Shown: piece after piece, positions 27,771-37,972 of the stretch
Layout of the letters: each line of letters opens with the position of its first letter
Position numbering within the stretch: position 1 is the first letter of the stretch
Source: Flavobacteriales bacterium
GTDB lineage: Bacteria; Bacteroidota; Bacteroidia; Flavobacteriales_C; GCA-002722245
Direction of reading: 5' to 3'
DNA: 61,784 bases
Assembly (NCBI GenBank): GCA_029251005.1
Contig: JAQXEE010000022.1
Span: forward strand, 1 to 61,784
Made by a program: the position numbers and the translations under genes
Notes under the pieces: model-generated
What the model saw: the letters and a program-made list of their open reading frames with translations, nothing else
Database searches by the model: none
Told to the model about the DNA's origin: nothing

Positions 27771-28775
27771 ATGAAAAACATTTTTGTAACTGGAGCTACC
27801 GGCTTTGTAGGAAAATATTTAGTATCCAAATTGATAGAGAACCCAAATAATAGGGTTTTCTTACTAATTCGGAGCAAAAAAAACTTATCTGCAGTTGATA
27901 GGTGTAAGAAACTTTTTGTTGAAAATTCTGATTTAATACTGGATCGTATTGTTCCAATAGAGGGAGAATTAACGAAACCAATGTTTAACTTAAATCAGCA
28001 TGATTTTGAAGAGTTAGCAACTAAAATAAATACGATTTACCATACTGCTGCAACTATAAAGTTTAACCTACCTTACAAAACAGCACATTCTATTAACGTT
28101 GAAGGAACCAAAACATGTATGCTTTTGGCGAAAAAAGCAGGTGAACATTTTGAGCGCTTTCATCATATTAGTACAGCCTATGTTAGTAGGGTTATGGAAG
28201 GTGAGGAAAGAGGTTTCAACAATACCTATGAACAAACTAAATTTGAAGCTGAATTACTGTTTAAGGATATTAAATACACAATTTACAGACCTTCAATAAT
28301 ATCAGGAAGCTCTGAAACTGGTGAAATTTCCTCTAGTAGTGTTATTTACAAGTTCATTATTTTACTTTCGAGACAAATTTTAAGTGCTTTACCAGTTGAT
28401 AATTCCTTTTCCATAAACATTATACCAGTAAATAATTTCGTAGATAAAATGCTAGCAATTGGAGGTGAGCAAAGTTCTGTTGGTAAAACATACCAAATAA
28501 CACATCAAGAAAACACCAATTTCAAGGATTTACTTATTCACGCATCCAAACTTTTGAAGGTTCCACCACCACAATTTATTTCTTCAGATCAAACAAGTGC
28601 TATTCCATTAAAAGTGATGAAACATATTGATGTTTTTATGCCCTACATAATCCAATCACAACAATTTAAACTAAATCACCACGAATTAAACTCTGCTGCC
28701 AAAATACCAAGCGACAATGTAATAAATACTTTCAATCATGTTGTTGACAATTATTTAGCTTTTCAACGAAATTAG
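27771..28775 (+). CDS. Extended SDR oxidoreductase, thioester-reductase/fatty acyl-CoA reductase-like (NAD_binding_4)
   Basis: VTGATGFVG, HTAA...NVEGT, HISTAY, YEQTK (YxxxK), YRPSIISG. Confidence 0.88.
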   Translation: MKNIFVTGATGFVGKYLVSKLIENPNNRVFLLIRSKKNLSAVDRCKKLFVENSDLILDRIVPIEGELTKPMFNLNQHDFEELATKINTIYHTAATIKFNLPYKTAHSINVEGTKTCMLLAKKAGEHFERFHHISTAYVSRVMEGEERGFNNTYEQTKFEAELLFKDIKYTIYRPSIISGSSETGEISSSSVIYKFIILLSRQILSALPVDNSFSINIIPVNNFVDKMLAIGGEQSSVGKTYQITHQENTNFKDLLIHASKLLKVPPPQFISSDQTSAIPLKVMKHIDVFMPYIIQSQQFKLNHHELNSAAKIPSDNVINTFNHVVDNYLAFQRN

Positions 28776-28964
28776 TCATGTTATCACATATTTAATTAAA
28801 CAAATAGTACTGCACTATTTAATCACTGTAAAGTAAAAAAATTACGCCAACACAGTTATTATTTAGATATTAGAATTTAACTAAATGGTTTGAAATCGTA
28901 ACCAAAATAAGTATTTAACAAAGGCAGCACTAAGTCCATTTCCTCATATAAGAGAGAGGCTCTT

Positions 28965-29591
28965 TTATGAACTAAATAAATCAGGTATATCAATGGCTTC
29001 AATATCTAACTTTACGTTCCGATAAGTGCTTAAATGGCAAATGTAATTTGGTATTGGTACTTTTTGAATAATAACTTTACTGTTAAAAGCTTTTATGCAA
29101 TCTTCAAGGGCAGAAAACGTTGTTAATCCCATAGAAATTCCCCCGCCAAAAAGTTTAACAACTGATTCTTTCCTTGTCCATAATTGAGTGAATTGACTTA
29201 CTTTATCATTTGCGTCTTCAATAGATTGGATTTCACTCTCAGTAAATACTCTTTGATAGATAATTTCGCGAGGTTCTCGCAACTTTTCGACATCCACTCC
29301 TACTCTTTCGCTACCGATAGCCAATGTAACAATGTTTTTTGTATTTGAAATATTGAAGTACAAATCTGAATTTTGAGAAAAAGGCTTTCCTTTTTCTTCA
29401 AAATCTATGGTTTTCAAAAAGTTAAATGAAGTAACATTTTTAAGTAAGTGCCAACCTATTAAACTCAGCATTCTTTTAATTGAATTGTTATCGCTTAACC
29501 TTGAAGTAATATTTTCAGGTAAACCATCTAATAGCTCCTTTTGATTAATAGAATCAAAACCATCAGGTAATATGGCATAATACACTTTCAC
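28965..29591 (-). CDS. Sfp-type 4'-phosphopantetheinyl transferase
   Basis: KGKP, FNISNT, VGVDVE, WTRKESVVKLFGGG; TAGTG overlap with the ABC-F gene. Confidence 0.88.
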   Translation of the reverse strand: MKVYYAILPDGFDSINQKELLDGLPENITSRLSDNNSIKRMLSLIGWHLLKNVTSFNFLKTIDFEEKGKPFSQNSDLYFNISNTKNIVTLAIGSERVGVDVEKLREPREIIYQRVFTESEIQSIEDANDKVSQFTQLWTRKESVVKLFGGGISMGLTTFSALEDCIKAFNSKVIIQKVPIPNYICHLSTYRNVKLDIEAIDIPDLFSS

Positions 29592-31462
29592 TATACCTCT
29601 TGTTTCTCAGCAAGTTCCATCCAAATCATCGTCACCTCATCGATCTTTTCCATCAATTTCCCCAAATCAACAGAAACATCATTTATCTCTTGTCCTGATA
29701 AATCACCAGATGACAGTTTGAATTCCAATTTAGATTTATCGGTTTCTAATTTTTCTAATTCTTCAGCCGCCTTTTCCATCTCAATCTTCTCCTTATAAGT
29801 TAACCTACTCACTTTAGTCTTTATTTCTTGACTAGTGGCCTTATGTTCCTTTTTAGCCTTAGCTGTCTCATTAACAGGATTTAACCTCTCATACTCTCTA
29901 TACTCGGTATAATTCCCTGGGAAATCTCTTACTTTACCTTGTCCTTCAAAAACAAATAAGTGTTCACATATACGATCTAAGAAGTATCTATCATGTGATA
30001 CGATTATTACACATCCGTTAAAATCTAATAAATAATTTTCTAATGCTGTTAACGTGCCTAAATCAAGATCGTTAGTAGGCTCATCCAAAATTAAAAAGTT
30101 TGGATTCTCCATCAATACGGTGACCAAATACAATCTTTTCTTTTCTCCTCCAGATAATAATTCAACATGCGTGTGTTGTTTTTTAGGCTCAAATTGAAAA
30201 TGCGTTAACATTTGACTAGCCGTAATTTTCGAACCATCTTTTGTTTGAACAATTTCAGCAATATCCTTAACAACATCAATTACCTTCATGTCGTCTCGAA
30301 ACGTCAATCCTTTTTGATTGTAATAACCAAACTTTACTGTGCTTCCAACTTCAATAGAACCTTTGTATTCTGGATCCTTACCTGTAATAAGATTTAAAAA
30401 AGTTGATTTCCCAGTACCGTTTTTTCCAATTATTCCAACCTTCTCTCCTCTTTTAAAGAAATAAGTAAAATCTTTTAATATTTTTAAATCTCCGTATTCT
30501 TTATTCAGTTCCTCAATTTCAATAATCTTACTTCCCATTCTGGTCATTACTGAAGAAATCTCAAGGTTAGAGTTAACCCTAACATTTTTTGATTTTTTCT
30601 CTAACTCATAAGCAGCATCAATCCTACTTTTACTTTTTGTCCCCCTAGCCTTTGGCTGTTTTCTTAACCAATCCAACTCTGTTTTAAATAAGTTTTTAGC
30701 CTTATTCGCAACAACAACTTCATTATGTTCTCGTTCAGCCTTTTTGGTTAAATAGTATTCATAATCACCTTTGTAATTATAAATACCTTCAGGGCTTAAC
30801 TCGATTATCTCACTACATACATTATCTAAAAAGTATCTATCATGCGTAATTAGTAATAATGTTAAATTACTATCTGCTATATATTTTTCAAGCCACTCCA
30901 CCATATCAAAATCAAGGTGGTTGGTTGGCTCATCTAAAAACAAAACATCCGGCTCATCAATTAAAGCTTTAGCTAATGCTAGTCTCCTAGCTTGACCTCC
31001 ACTTAATTTAACAACAGACATCTTTTTATCTGGAAATTTTAAACTTGTTAAGACTTCGTTTATTTTAACATCTACTCCCCATGCGTTTTGCTCGTCTATT
31101 TTTTCAATTACTTCTGTAAATTCATTACTCTCAGTGTCACCACTTTCCAATAATTGCTCGTATCTATGGATTAATCGAATGGCGGGATTTTGTGAATCAT
31201 TAATATAATCTTCGATTGTTGTTGCATCTCCAAAAGAAGGTTCTTGCTCCAATAAGCAAACACTTAATTCATCTTTAAAAACAACCTGACCTTCATCTTG
31301 AATATCTTTACCCAATAAAATATTTAAAAGAGTTGATTTTCCAGCACCATTTTTGGCTACAAGTCCAACTTTTTGCCCTTTTTCTAATCCAAAAGAAACA
31401 CCTTTAAAAAGTTTAAACTCTCCAAATGATTTTGATAAATCTGACACTGATAAATAATTCAT
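29591..31462 (-). CDS. ABC-F family ATPase (Uup-like) with C-terminal coiled coil
   Basis: Two ABC domains (AKNGAGKS/LSGGQ/LDEPTNHLD and GKNGTGKS/LSGGE/LDEPTNDLD), ARGTKSKSRI linker, no TM. Confidence 0.93.
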   Translation of the reverse strand: MNYLSVSDLSKSFGEFKLFKGVSFGLEKGQKVGLVAKNGAGKSTLLNILLGKDIQDEGQVVFKDELSVCLLEQEPSFGDATTIEDYINDSQNPAIRLIHRYEQLLESGDTESNEFTEVIEKIDEQNAWGVDVKINEVLTSLKFPDKKMSVVKLSGGQARRLALAKALIDEPDVLFLDEPTNHLDFDMVEWLEKYIADSNLTLLLITHDRYFLDNVCSEIIELSPEGIYNYKGDYEYYLTKKAEREHNEVVVANKAKNLFKTELDWLRKQPKARGTKSKSRIDAAYELEKKSKNVRVNSNLEISSVMTRMGSKIIEIEELNKEYGDLKILKDFTYFFKRGEKVGIIGKNGTGKSTFLNLITGKDPEYKGSIEVGSTVKFGYYNQKGLTFRDDMKVIDVVKDIAEIVQTKDGSKITASQMLTHFQFEPKKQHTHVELLSGGEKKRLYLVTVLMENPNFLILDEPTNDLDLGTLTALENYLLDFNGCVIIVSHDRYFLDRICEHLFVFEGQGKVRDFPGNYTEYREYERLNPVNETAKAKKEHKATSQEIKTKVSRLTYKEKIEMEKAAEELEKLETDKSKLEFKLSSGDLSGQEINDVSVDLGKLMEKIDEVTMIWMELAEKQEV

Positions 31463-31596
31463 ACTTTAAAGTTACGTTAAACTAAATACACAAAGGCTTT
31501 TTGATACTTATTAATCTTTTTGAAAATCACTTAAAAACCTATGCGAAAATCCTGTTATTTCTTTTAATTTCAACTCATTTTTGGAAATTTAAGCTT

Positions 31597-31604
31597 TACA
31601 TTTG
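31597..31604 (+). promoter_or_regulatory. Bacteroidota -7 element (TACATTTG)
   Basis: Exact TAnnTTTG 20 bp upstream of the ATG at 31625. Confidence 0.65.
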
Positions 31605-31624
31605 ACCTTCCTAAAGTAAAAATC

Positions 31625-33235
31625 ATGTTTAAAAAATATTTTTTAATTACAAGTGTAGTTTACTCGGCAGTCTTTTTTGCATCATGCTCTAATACTCCAG
31701 CCCACCTTAAAGCAATCCCTAAAGAAAGTGGTTTAGTTCTACAACTAAATCCATTTAATTTAGCGGTCAAAGCAAGGGTTGATCAATTATCTGAATATCA
31801 ATTCATCAAAGACTTGAAAGACAACAATAACGATTCTATTTCTAAATATTGGGAAGAAGTCGCTTCTAACCCATTTGCAACAGGAATTAGCTTGACCGAT
31901 GATGTTTACATTTTTACAACTACCGAAGACTTAACATCTGGTATTTCGGGTGGATGTATTAAATTATCAGATGCGAATTCATTTGAAAATTTTATCACTA
32001 AAATATCAGGAAAAACAAAATACGAAGAGAGTGGTTTGAATTTCATGGATGGTTTTGAAGGTTTTATGTTCGCTTGGAATAGCGAATTTGTAATTGCTTT
32101 AAACTCAGAAAATCTAAACAAACGAAATGAAGTAAAGGAGAAGTTGATTGAATTATTTAATTTATCTCAAGAAAATCAACTGGTAAACACAGAATATTTT
32201 AAAGTTTTTGATCAAAGTAGCGAAGATGTCAGCTTCATGCTTTCCCAAAATGCTATTTTAGCTAGTAATTCAATATCTACACTTCCTACAAGCGAATTAA
32301 TCGATCAATTAGAAGGACTTTATTCAATTGGTCATATTACTTTTAATAATGACCAAATTAAGGTTAAGATTGAAAACTTTAAAAATGAAGCTTTTAATGA
32401 TTACAAAGATCGAAATAACAAAATCGTTCAAAAATACAACACGGAAATAAATAAAGTTATTCCTGCTAAACATTTAGGATTAACTACGTTTTCCTTCAAT
32501 ATGGAACATCTGTTAGATTCTTTACAGAATGTGCCTATACAAGCTCAAATGATACTTGCTTCTGCAAAACCGGTATTATCTTGTTTTGGAGGAAGTTTTT
32601 GCGTCAATTTTTCAGATTTAGGAAGTAAAACTGAACAAAAAATGGTTTATTCCGATTCCGGATTTGTTTCTGTTCCCTACAAAAAGATGGTTCCTAAAAT
32701 GACTTTGGGTTTTGATTTAAAAGACTTTGAATCATTAAAAACTATTCTTGCACAATTTTCAGGTTCTCCGTTCTTAAAAAAAGAAAACGAATATTTTGTA
32801 ATTCAAAGCCAAAGAGCAATTGGTATTCCAATGTACTTATACTTCAACGATAAGATTGGGGTAATTACATCTGAAAAATCCCTAGCATCAAACCTTTCTC
32901 AAGGACTATATGCCTCTAAGTCTTTAGCTAACACTTCAAAAAACTCTAAAATAGTAGCTTCTAATAATTACGTTTTCATTGATGCAAACCTCAAAAACTA
33001 TCCTTCTATCCTTAAGGAAAAAGTACTTGAAAATGATCGTTTTGGAAAAAAGGCTAAAAGATTTGCAATTATTGAAAAAGTTATGGAAAATATTGAGATA
33101 CAAACTAAAAATACTTTTGATGTTACTTTAGACTTTAACTTTCAAGAAAAAGAGGGAAATGTTTTGAAAAACATACTAAACACGATTAATCAATTATATT
33201 TAATTGATAATGAAGACAATACTTCTGCTTTTTAA
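31625..33235 (+). CDS. DUF4836-like lipoprotein
   Basis: Lipobox FASC; IPKES.LV, P.ATGISLTDDVYIF, LSDANSFE motifs. Confidence 0.75.
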   Translation: MFKKYFLITSVVYSAVFFASCSNTPAHLKAIPKESGLVLQLNPFNLAVKARVDQLSEYQFIKDLKDNNNDSISKYWEEVASNPFATGISLTDDVYIFTTTEDLTSGISGGCIKLSDANSFENFITKISGKTKYEESGLNFMDGFEGFMFAWNSEFVIALNSENLNKRNEVKEKLIELFNLSQENQLVNTEYFKVFDQSSEDVSFMLSQNAILASNSISTLPTSELIDQLEGLYSIGHITFNNDQIKVKIENFKNEAFNDYKDRNNKIVQKYNTEINKVIPAKHLGLTTFSFNMEHLLDSLQNVPIQAQMILASAKPVLSCFGGSFCVNFSDLGSKTEQKMVYSDSGFVSVPYKKMVPKMTLGFDLKDFESLKTILAQFSGSPFLKKENEYFVIQSQRAIGIPMYLYFNDKIGVITSEKSLASNLSQGLYASKSLANTSKNSKIVASNNYVFIDANLKNYPSILKEKVLENDRFGKKAKRFAIIEKVMENIEIQTKNTFDVTLDFNFQEKEGNVLKNILNTINQLYLIDNEDNTSAF

Positions 33236-33297
33236 AAACAGCATAAAAAATAGCGTACAAGTAAATTGAAGGCGTTTATTGTTGCCTCTAGTAAAAA

Positions 33298-34614
33298 CTA
33301 TTTTAAAGGATAGTACTTTTTGTTCTTTCCAAGTTCCATTATGGATCGCTCAACAAACATATGCAATACTATGTCTGGTTTTTCTATCTGTATAAAATCC
33401 TTACGAAAATCATGAGACCAAACATATACACTTCGACTAAAATAATCTCCTAGAAACCCATGTATATAACTTATGAACGAATCATTAAACACCAATAGTT
33501 TAGGAGCATTAATGTCTCTTTCATGAATAAAGGTATGCTTATATTCTATTTTATAAATTCCGTACTTAGGTTCTACTATGTTTTTCTTTGGATTACTTTT
33601 ATCTTTTAATTTATAATCAAATCTCTTTCCTGGCAAGAAATCGTACAAACCTAACAGATTGGATAAATCACCACCTCTTTTTTCCTTTTCAGTTATCTCG
33701 TAATCTTCAGACGAGTATGGCTTTCTAATAGTCTTCATCTTTTTTTTGATATTATCTATTATAACTTGAGAAGCGATTAACCCACCGTTTTTATTCCAAT
33801 GAGAGTCGTTTTTTTGATAAAGTTGTTTTCCAGATTTAGCTGCTTTTAAGAACTGAGATCTTACATCTATTATTTTGATGCCCTTATCGGCTATAAAATC
33901 TATTAATTGATCTATCCTAGTAGTATCAACCGTATTGTATTTAGCAGGTAAATCGGAAGAGTAAACCCCCATTTTATCGGGTAGAAATGCGACAAAATAC
34001 TCAATCCCTCTTGCTTTTAAATACGCCTTACGTTTTAATAGATTCAAGCTAATTTTATTCAATTGACCATCAGATAGGCTAATATTGCCTAAGTGATCTT
34101 GTAAGCTATTACAATCATTGTAAAATAACCAATCATTGCCACCTAAAATAACCTTCTTTGTAGAGGAAATTCCAAAATTTACTGTTTTCACATAATTATT
34201 GGTAGAAATAAACATACTTCTTAAACCAAAATGGTCATTGAAAAAATTGGTAAACATGTTCGGAAATGAATCTATCTCATCAAATTCTAACGACTCATAT
34301 CTTGATAATATTCTTTTCTCATTCATTTTAAACTCGAATTTCGAATCTTTCGACATGCTTGTTAGTTGATCAATTAATGGGAAACAAATAATGACGAAAA
34401 AAACAAAAACAAAAACAAGTTTTCCTATCTGGTCCTTTTTCAACTCTCTCAACTTCAATTTTAAAATTCTCCAAAAAATTAAAGGAAGAGAAATAAAAAG
34501 AATTAAGCCAATATTAGCACAGTAAAACAAAGGTGACTTATCTAAAAGGAAGTATAGTCCTAAAGAAGCTAAAAACGCAAGTACGAGGACTAGTATTGAA
34601 TTAACTTTATCCAT
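33298..34614 (-). CDS. AlgJ/AlgX-like (SGNH-like) polysaccharide O-acetyltransferase
   Basis: FNDHFGLR, VILGGNDWLFY, PDK, DSHW (Asp/His), FNDSF (Ser); coupled to the MBOAT gene. Confidence 0.85.
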   Translation of the reverse strand: MDKVNSILVLVLAFLASLGLYFLLDKSPLFYCANIGLILFISLPLIFWRILKLKLRELKKDQIGKLVFVFVFFVIICFPLIDQLTSMSKDSKFEFKMNEKRILSRYESLEFDEIDSFPNMFTNFFNDHFGLRSMFISTNNYVKTVNFGISSTKKVILGGNDWLFYNDCNSLQDHLGNISLSDGQLNKISLNLLKRKAYLKARGIEYFVAFLPDKMGVYSSDLPAKYNTVDTTRIDQLIDFIADKGIKIIDVRSQFLKAAKSGKQLYQKNDSHWNKNGGLIASQVIIDNIKKKMKTIRKPYSSEDYEITEKEKRGGDLSNLLGLYDFLPGKRFDYKLKDKSNPKKNIVEPKYGIYKIEYKHTFIHERDINAPKLLVFNDSFISYIHGFLGDYFSRSVYVWSHDFRKDFIQIEKPDIVLHMFVERSIMELGKNKKYYPLK

Positions 34615-36041
34615 TAAAATCTAAAATAAATAAAAGGATTGTAAGTGTTGTTCGCTATTTCGGATACACTAAAATAGAACGCAATAAAAACAACAAATAA
34701 AAACAACTTTATTTTGGTCTTTTTGTATAGTTTACTTTTAATTAAGTTCAGCTTATTTTCAATTATTAAAACTTTCTCATTCAAATTTATCGAAAACAAC
34801 AGCCCTATTAACAAAGTAAAAGTTGTGTAGTTATTCATATAATCATGCCAAATAAATGACTCCATCCCCCTGAAACTAAACATACTAAAAACGTAAGATG
34901 AGGCATCTGAAAAGTCCTCTACTCTAAAATAAACCCAACCTATTAATACCAAGATTAAAACGTACAAGTGCTGAAAAGGAGCATACAGCTTTTTTAGGAA
35001 GTTATCTAAACCTAGCTTTTCAAGAACCAAAAATCCACCATGAAATAATCCCCAAAAAATAAAGCTCCAACTTGCTCCGTGCCAAATTCCTGTTACTAGA
35101 AATACAATAAAAAGATTAAAATAAGTTCTTAAATTTCCTTTTCTACTTCCTCCTAATGGAATATACAAGTAATCTCTAAACCAAGTAGATAAAGATATGT
35201 GCCATCGTCTCCAAAATTCTTTTATTGACTTAGATACATAGGGAAAATTAAAATTCTCTTCAAAATCGAATCCTAATATTTTACCCAAACCAATCGCCAT
35301 GTCGGAATACCCTGAAAAATCAAAAAATATTTGCAGAGCATAGCATATTATACCTAGCCAAGCCAAAGGTGAAGAAATCTCATCTATTTCGGTAACAAAA
35401 ATTGAATCTGCAACTTGAGCTAAAGAATTCGCAATTATTATTTTTTTAGAAAACCCTATAGCAAAACGTAATACTCCCTCATAGACTTTTTCGAAAGAAG
35501 TAGTTCGATCTTTTATTTGATCCATTATAGTATTATATCGGACGATAGGACCAGCTATCAACTGGGGAAATAAAGCTACATATAAACCAATATTAATTGG
35601 GTTTATTTCTGCCTTGGCCTCTTTTCGGTAAACATCTATGACATAAGAAACTCCTTGAAATGTGAAAAAAGATATCCCCATCGGTAAACGCACTCCTTGA
35701 AGAACAAGCATTTCATTACCTTGGTACCCAAATATACCGTTGATATTATCCAAAAAAAATTGAAAATATTTATAGTAAAACAACATTAAGAAGTTAGCTA
35801 AAATTCCAATAATTAAGATCAGCTTTGCTTTTGATCGTACTTTATCAACCCCTATTCCTATTATATAATTAATTAAAATCGAAATAATGATCACAAAAAT
35901 CAATTCAATTTCTCCCCAGAAATAAAAAAACAGACTAGCGAACAATAGGAAACAATTCCTTAAGTATTTCGGTAAAAAAGCATTTCCTGCTAGAACAAGC
36001 GGTAAAAACAAAAACAGAAATACTACCGAGCTAAATACCAT
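34614..36041 (-). CDS. MBOAT O-acyltransferase (AlgI/PatA-like)
   Basis: MVFSSVVFLFLFLP, LPMGISFFTFQ, FPQLIAGPIVR, DFSGYSDMAIG, FWRRWHISLS, GIWHGA (catalytic His). Confidence 0.95.
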   Translation of the reverse strand: MVFSSVVFLFLFLPLVLAGNAFLPKYLRNCFLLFASLFFYFWGEIELIFVIIISILINYIIGIGVDKVRSKAKLILIIGILANFLMLFYYKYFQFFLDNINGIFGYQGNEMLVLQGVRLPMGISFFTFQGVSYVIDVYRKEAKAEINPINIGLYVALFPQLIAGPIVRYNTIMDQIKDRTTSFEKVYEGVLRFAIGFSKKIIIANSLAQVADSIFVTEIDEISSPLAWLGIICYALQIFFDFSGYSDMAIGLGKILGFDFEENFNFPYVSKSIKEFWRRWHISLSTWFRDYLYIPLGGSRKGNLRTYFNLFIVFLVTGIWHGASWSFIFWGLFHGGFLVLEKLGLDNFLKKLYAPFQHLYVLILVLIGWVYFRVEDFSDASSYVFSMFSFRGMESFIWHDYMNNYTTFTLLIGLLFSINLNEKVLIIENKLNLIKSKLYKKTKIKLFLFVVFIAFYFSVSEIANNTYNPFIYFRF

Positions 36042-37312
36042 TAGTTACAAATTATATTTTTCCTAATTAACCCTGCACACATATCTTTTAGATAAATTTT
36101 ATGATCTGAATCATTTTTAAAATAAAACATAACCCTATCATGGACATTTACATTTTTAGATATTTTTATAGATAGGCTTTCCTTCTTCCATGATCTTGAT
36201 TCGCCAATTTTCTTTATTGTTTCATCCTTTAAATCAGAGTTTTCATTGAAAATTTTTAGAACTAGGAAAATAGAATCAGATTCTATTTCATTTTGATATT
36301 GAAAATCAAATACAAACTCATCCTCAACCTCTAACGAATTTAAAGCTATGCTACTTGAAAAATGTACTCCAGTATGTTTTGGTTTAATTTCTCTACATTT
36401 AAATCCATCCTTAGTGCTCCATAAAGATGATTTCTGCCATTTTTGATTTTTTAAGTTAATACTATGTGAATTACTCCAAATAAGCTCCCCGTTAAATCTT
36501 GATTCTCCACGATATGGATCTATGACATTAATCTCAAAATGTTTGATTTTATAAGGGGTTCTTTTACTATTGGAAAAAAAGATTTTTTGTTTATCGGATT
36601 TAACATAATTATCCATTTTCTTCAAATCAAAAGAATAGTCAGTCCATAAAGAGGTATCTCTAAAATTAATCACATTTTTTTTAAAATATAAGGAAATGCT
36701 TTCTTCAGACATAAAGTTATTAATCAAACTTGCTGAAGTTCCAGAAATATCTCCTTTAATCTTAAATCGACATTCAGCTAGATTAGTTTTACCAACAATT
36801 GAATTTAAATTTTCCCCAAGAGTAAAAGGAAAAATTATATCTGGGTTAATTTGATAAAAAGAATTTTTGCCACTTCTCTTCCCGTTAAACTTAATAAGCC
36901 CATTTAATAAACTATAAGTACTTATTTTCCCGATTTCTCCATAATTACGCGATAGAAATCGATCCCTTTTTTGGTAAAGAAAAAAGTGCTTATTTTCAGC
37001 AATGTATGCTACATCGATAGCCTTTAGTTTTGACTCATCTCTCAATCTCAACAATATTGATTTGGAAAAAAGTAGAAATTCACCAGCTTTCACCTTACCT
37101 AACGCGAACTCGCTTTCCTTCATAAATTCCATAGAATAATCAAAGTCAGAAAAATCAATTGAATTTTGCACACAAAGGTGAATTTTATACTTAAAATCTA
37201 TATCCAAATCTGATAGAAAACAATAAACGTCCTTTAAAGACTGTGATTTAGTACAACTAGAAATAGATGTTACCAAGAATAAAAAAAAGTAAAAGCATAA
37301 CTTTCTAAACAT
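36041..37312 (-). CDS. Hypothetical lipoprotein, first gene of the acylation operon
   Basis: Lipobox ISSC; beta-rich C-terminal regions; TAATG overlap with the MBOAT gene. Confidence 0.65.
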   Translation of the reverse strand: MFRKLCFYFFLFLVTSISSCTKSQSLKDVYCFLSDLDIDFKYKIHLCVQNSIDFSDFDYSMEFMKESEFALGKVKAGEFLLFSKSILLRLRDESKLKAIDVAYIAENKHFFLYQKRDRFLSRNYGEIGKISTYSLLNGLIKFNGKRSGKNSFYQINPDIIFPFTLGENLNSIVGKTNLAECRFKIKGDISGTSASLINNFMSEESISLYFKKNVINFRDTSLWTDYSFDLKKMDNYVKSDKQKIFFSNSKRTPYKIKHFEINVIDPYRGESRFNGELIWSNSHSINLKNQKWQKSSLWSTKDGFKCREIKPKHTGVHFSSSIALNSLEVEDEFVFDFQYQNEIESDSIFLVLKIFNENSDLKDETIKKIGESRSWKKESLSIKISKNVNVHDRVMFYFKNDSDHKIYLKDMCAGLIRKNIICN

Positions 37313-37487
37313 GATGCAAAAATAAGGATTTCAACTTTCACTGTGAAATATTTATACAGAGATAAAAAAAACGCCTAAAAATTTAGCTTACACACAACTG
37401 TTAATAAGTATTATGCAATACCAATTGATATTATTGGTTGTACTTTTCTTTTTTGCTATTTTCGTAGCCTAATATCATTTGGTTAAA

Positions 37488-37940
37488 GTGAGTGTTGAGA
37501 TTCAAGACAAGGTAACTGCAATATTTACCGAGTTTCTAGAAAAAAATAGTCACAGGAAAACTCCTGAACGCTACGCCATACTTGATGAAATCTATTCCTA
37601 CAAAAATCATTTCGATATTGAAACACTTTATGAAAACATGAAGGCAAAAAACTATCGAGTTAGTAGGGCAACACTTTACAATACTTTAGATCTACTAATG
37701 GATTGTAATTTGGTAGTAAAACATCAGTTCGGTTCGAATCACGCTCAGTTTGAAAAAGCGTTTGGAAATGCCAATCACGATCATTTAATTTGTCAGAATT
37801 GTGGGAAAGTTATTGAATTTTGTGACCCACGATTAGGACAAGTAATGGAAAATTTAAAAAAATTTACCGAGTTTGAAATTAAAAGCCACTCCTTAATAGT
37901 TTACGGAGTTTGCAATAACGAAAAATGTATTAAATCATAA
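37488..37940 (+). CDS. fur: Fur-family transcriptional regulator
   Basis: [30 protein letters not shown]; GTG 37488 preferred to TTG 37479; fur-purA synteny. Confidence 0.92.
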   Translation: MSVEIQDKVTAIFTEFLEKNSHRKTPERYAILDEIYSYKNHFDIETLYENMKAKNYRVSRATLYNTLDLLMDCNLVVKHQFGSNHAQFEKAFGNANHDHLICQNCGKVIEFCDPRLGQVMENLKKFTEFEIKSHSLIVYGVCNNEKCIKS

Positions 37941-37972
37941 TTGCTTTACAAAAAAGCTATACAACACATAAA

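Noticed and set aside
37731-37740. GGTTCGAATC, resembling a tRNA T-loop
   Set aside because: Lies in-frame within fur (GSN codons); no acceptor stem or cloverleaf around it
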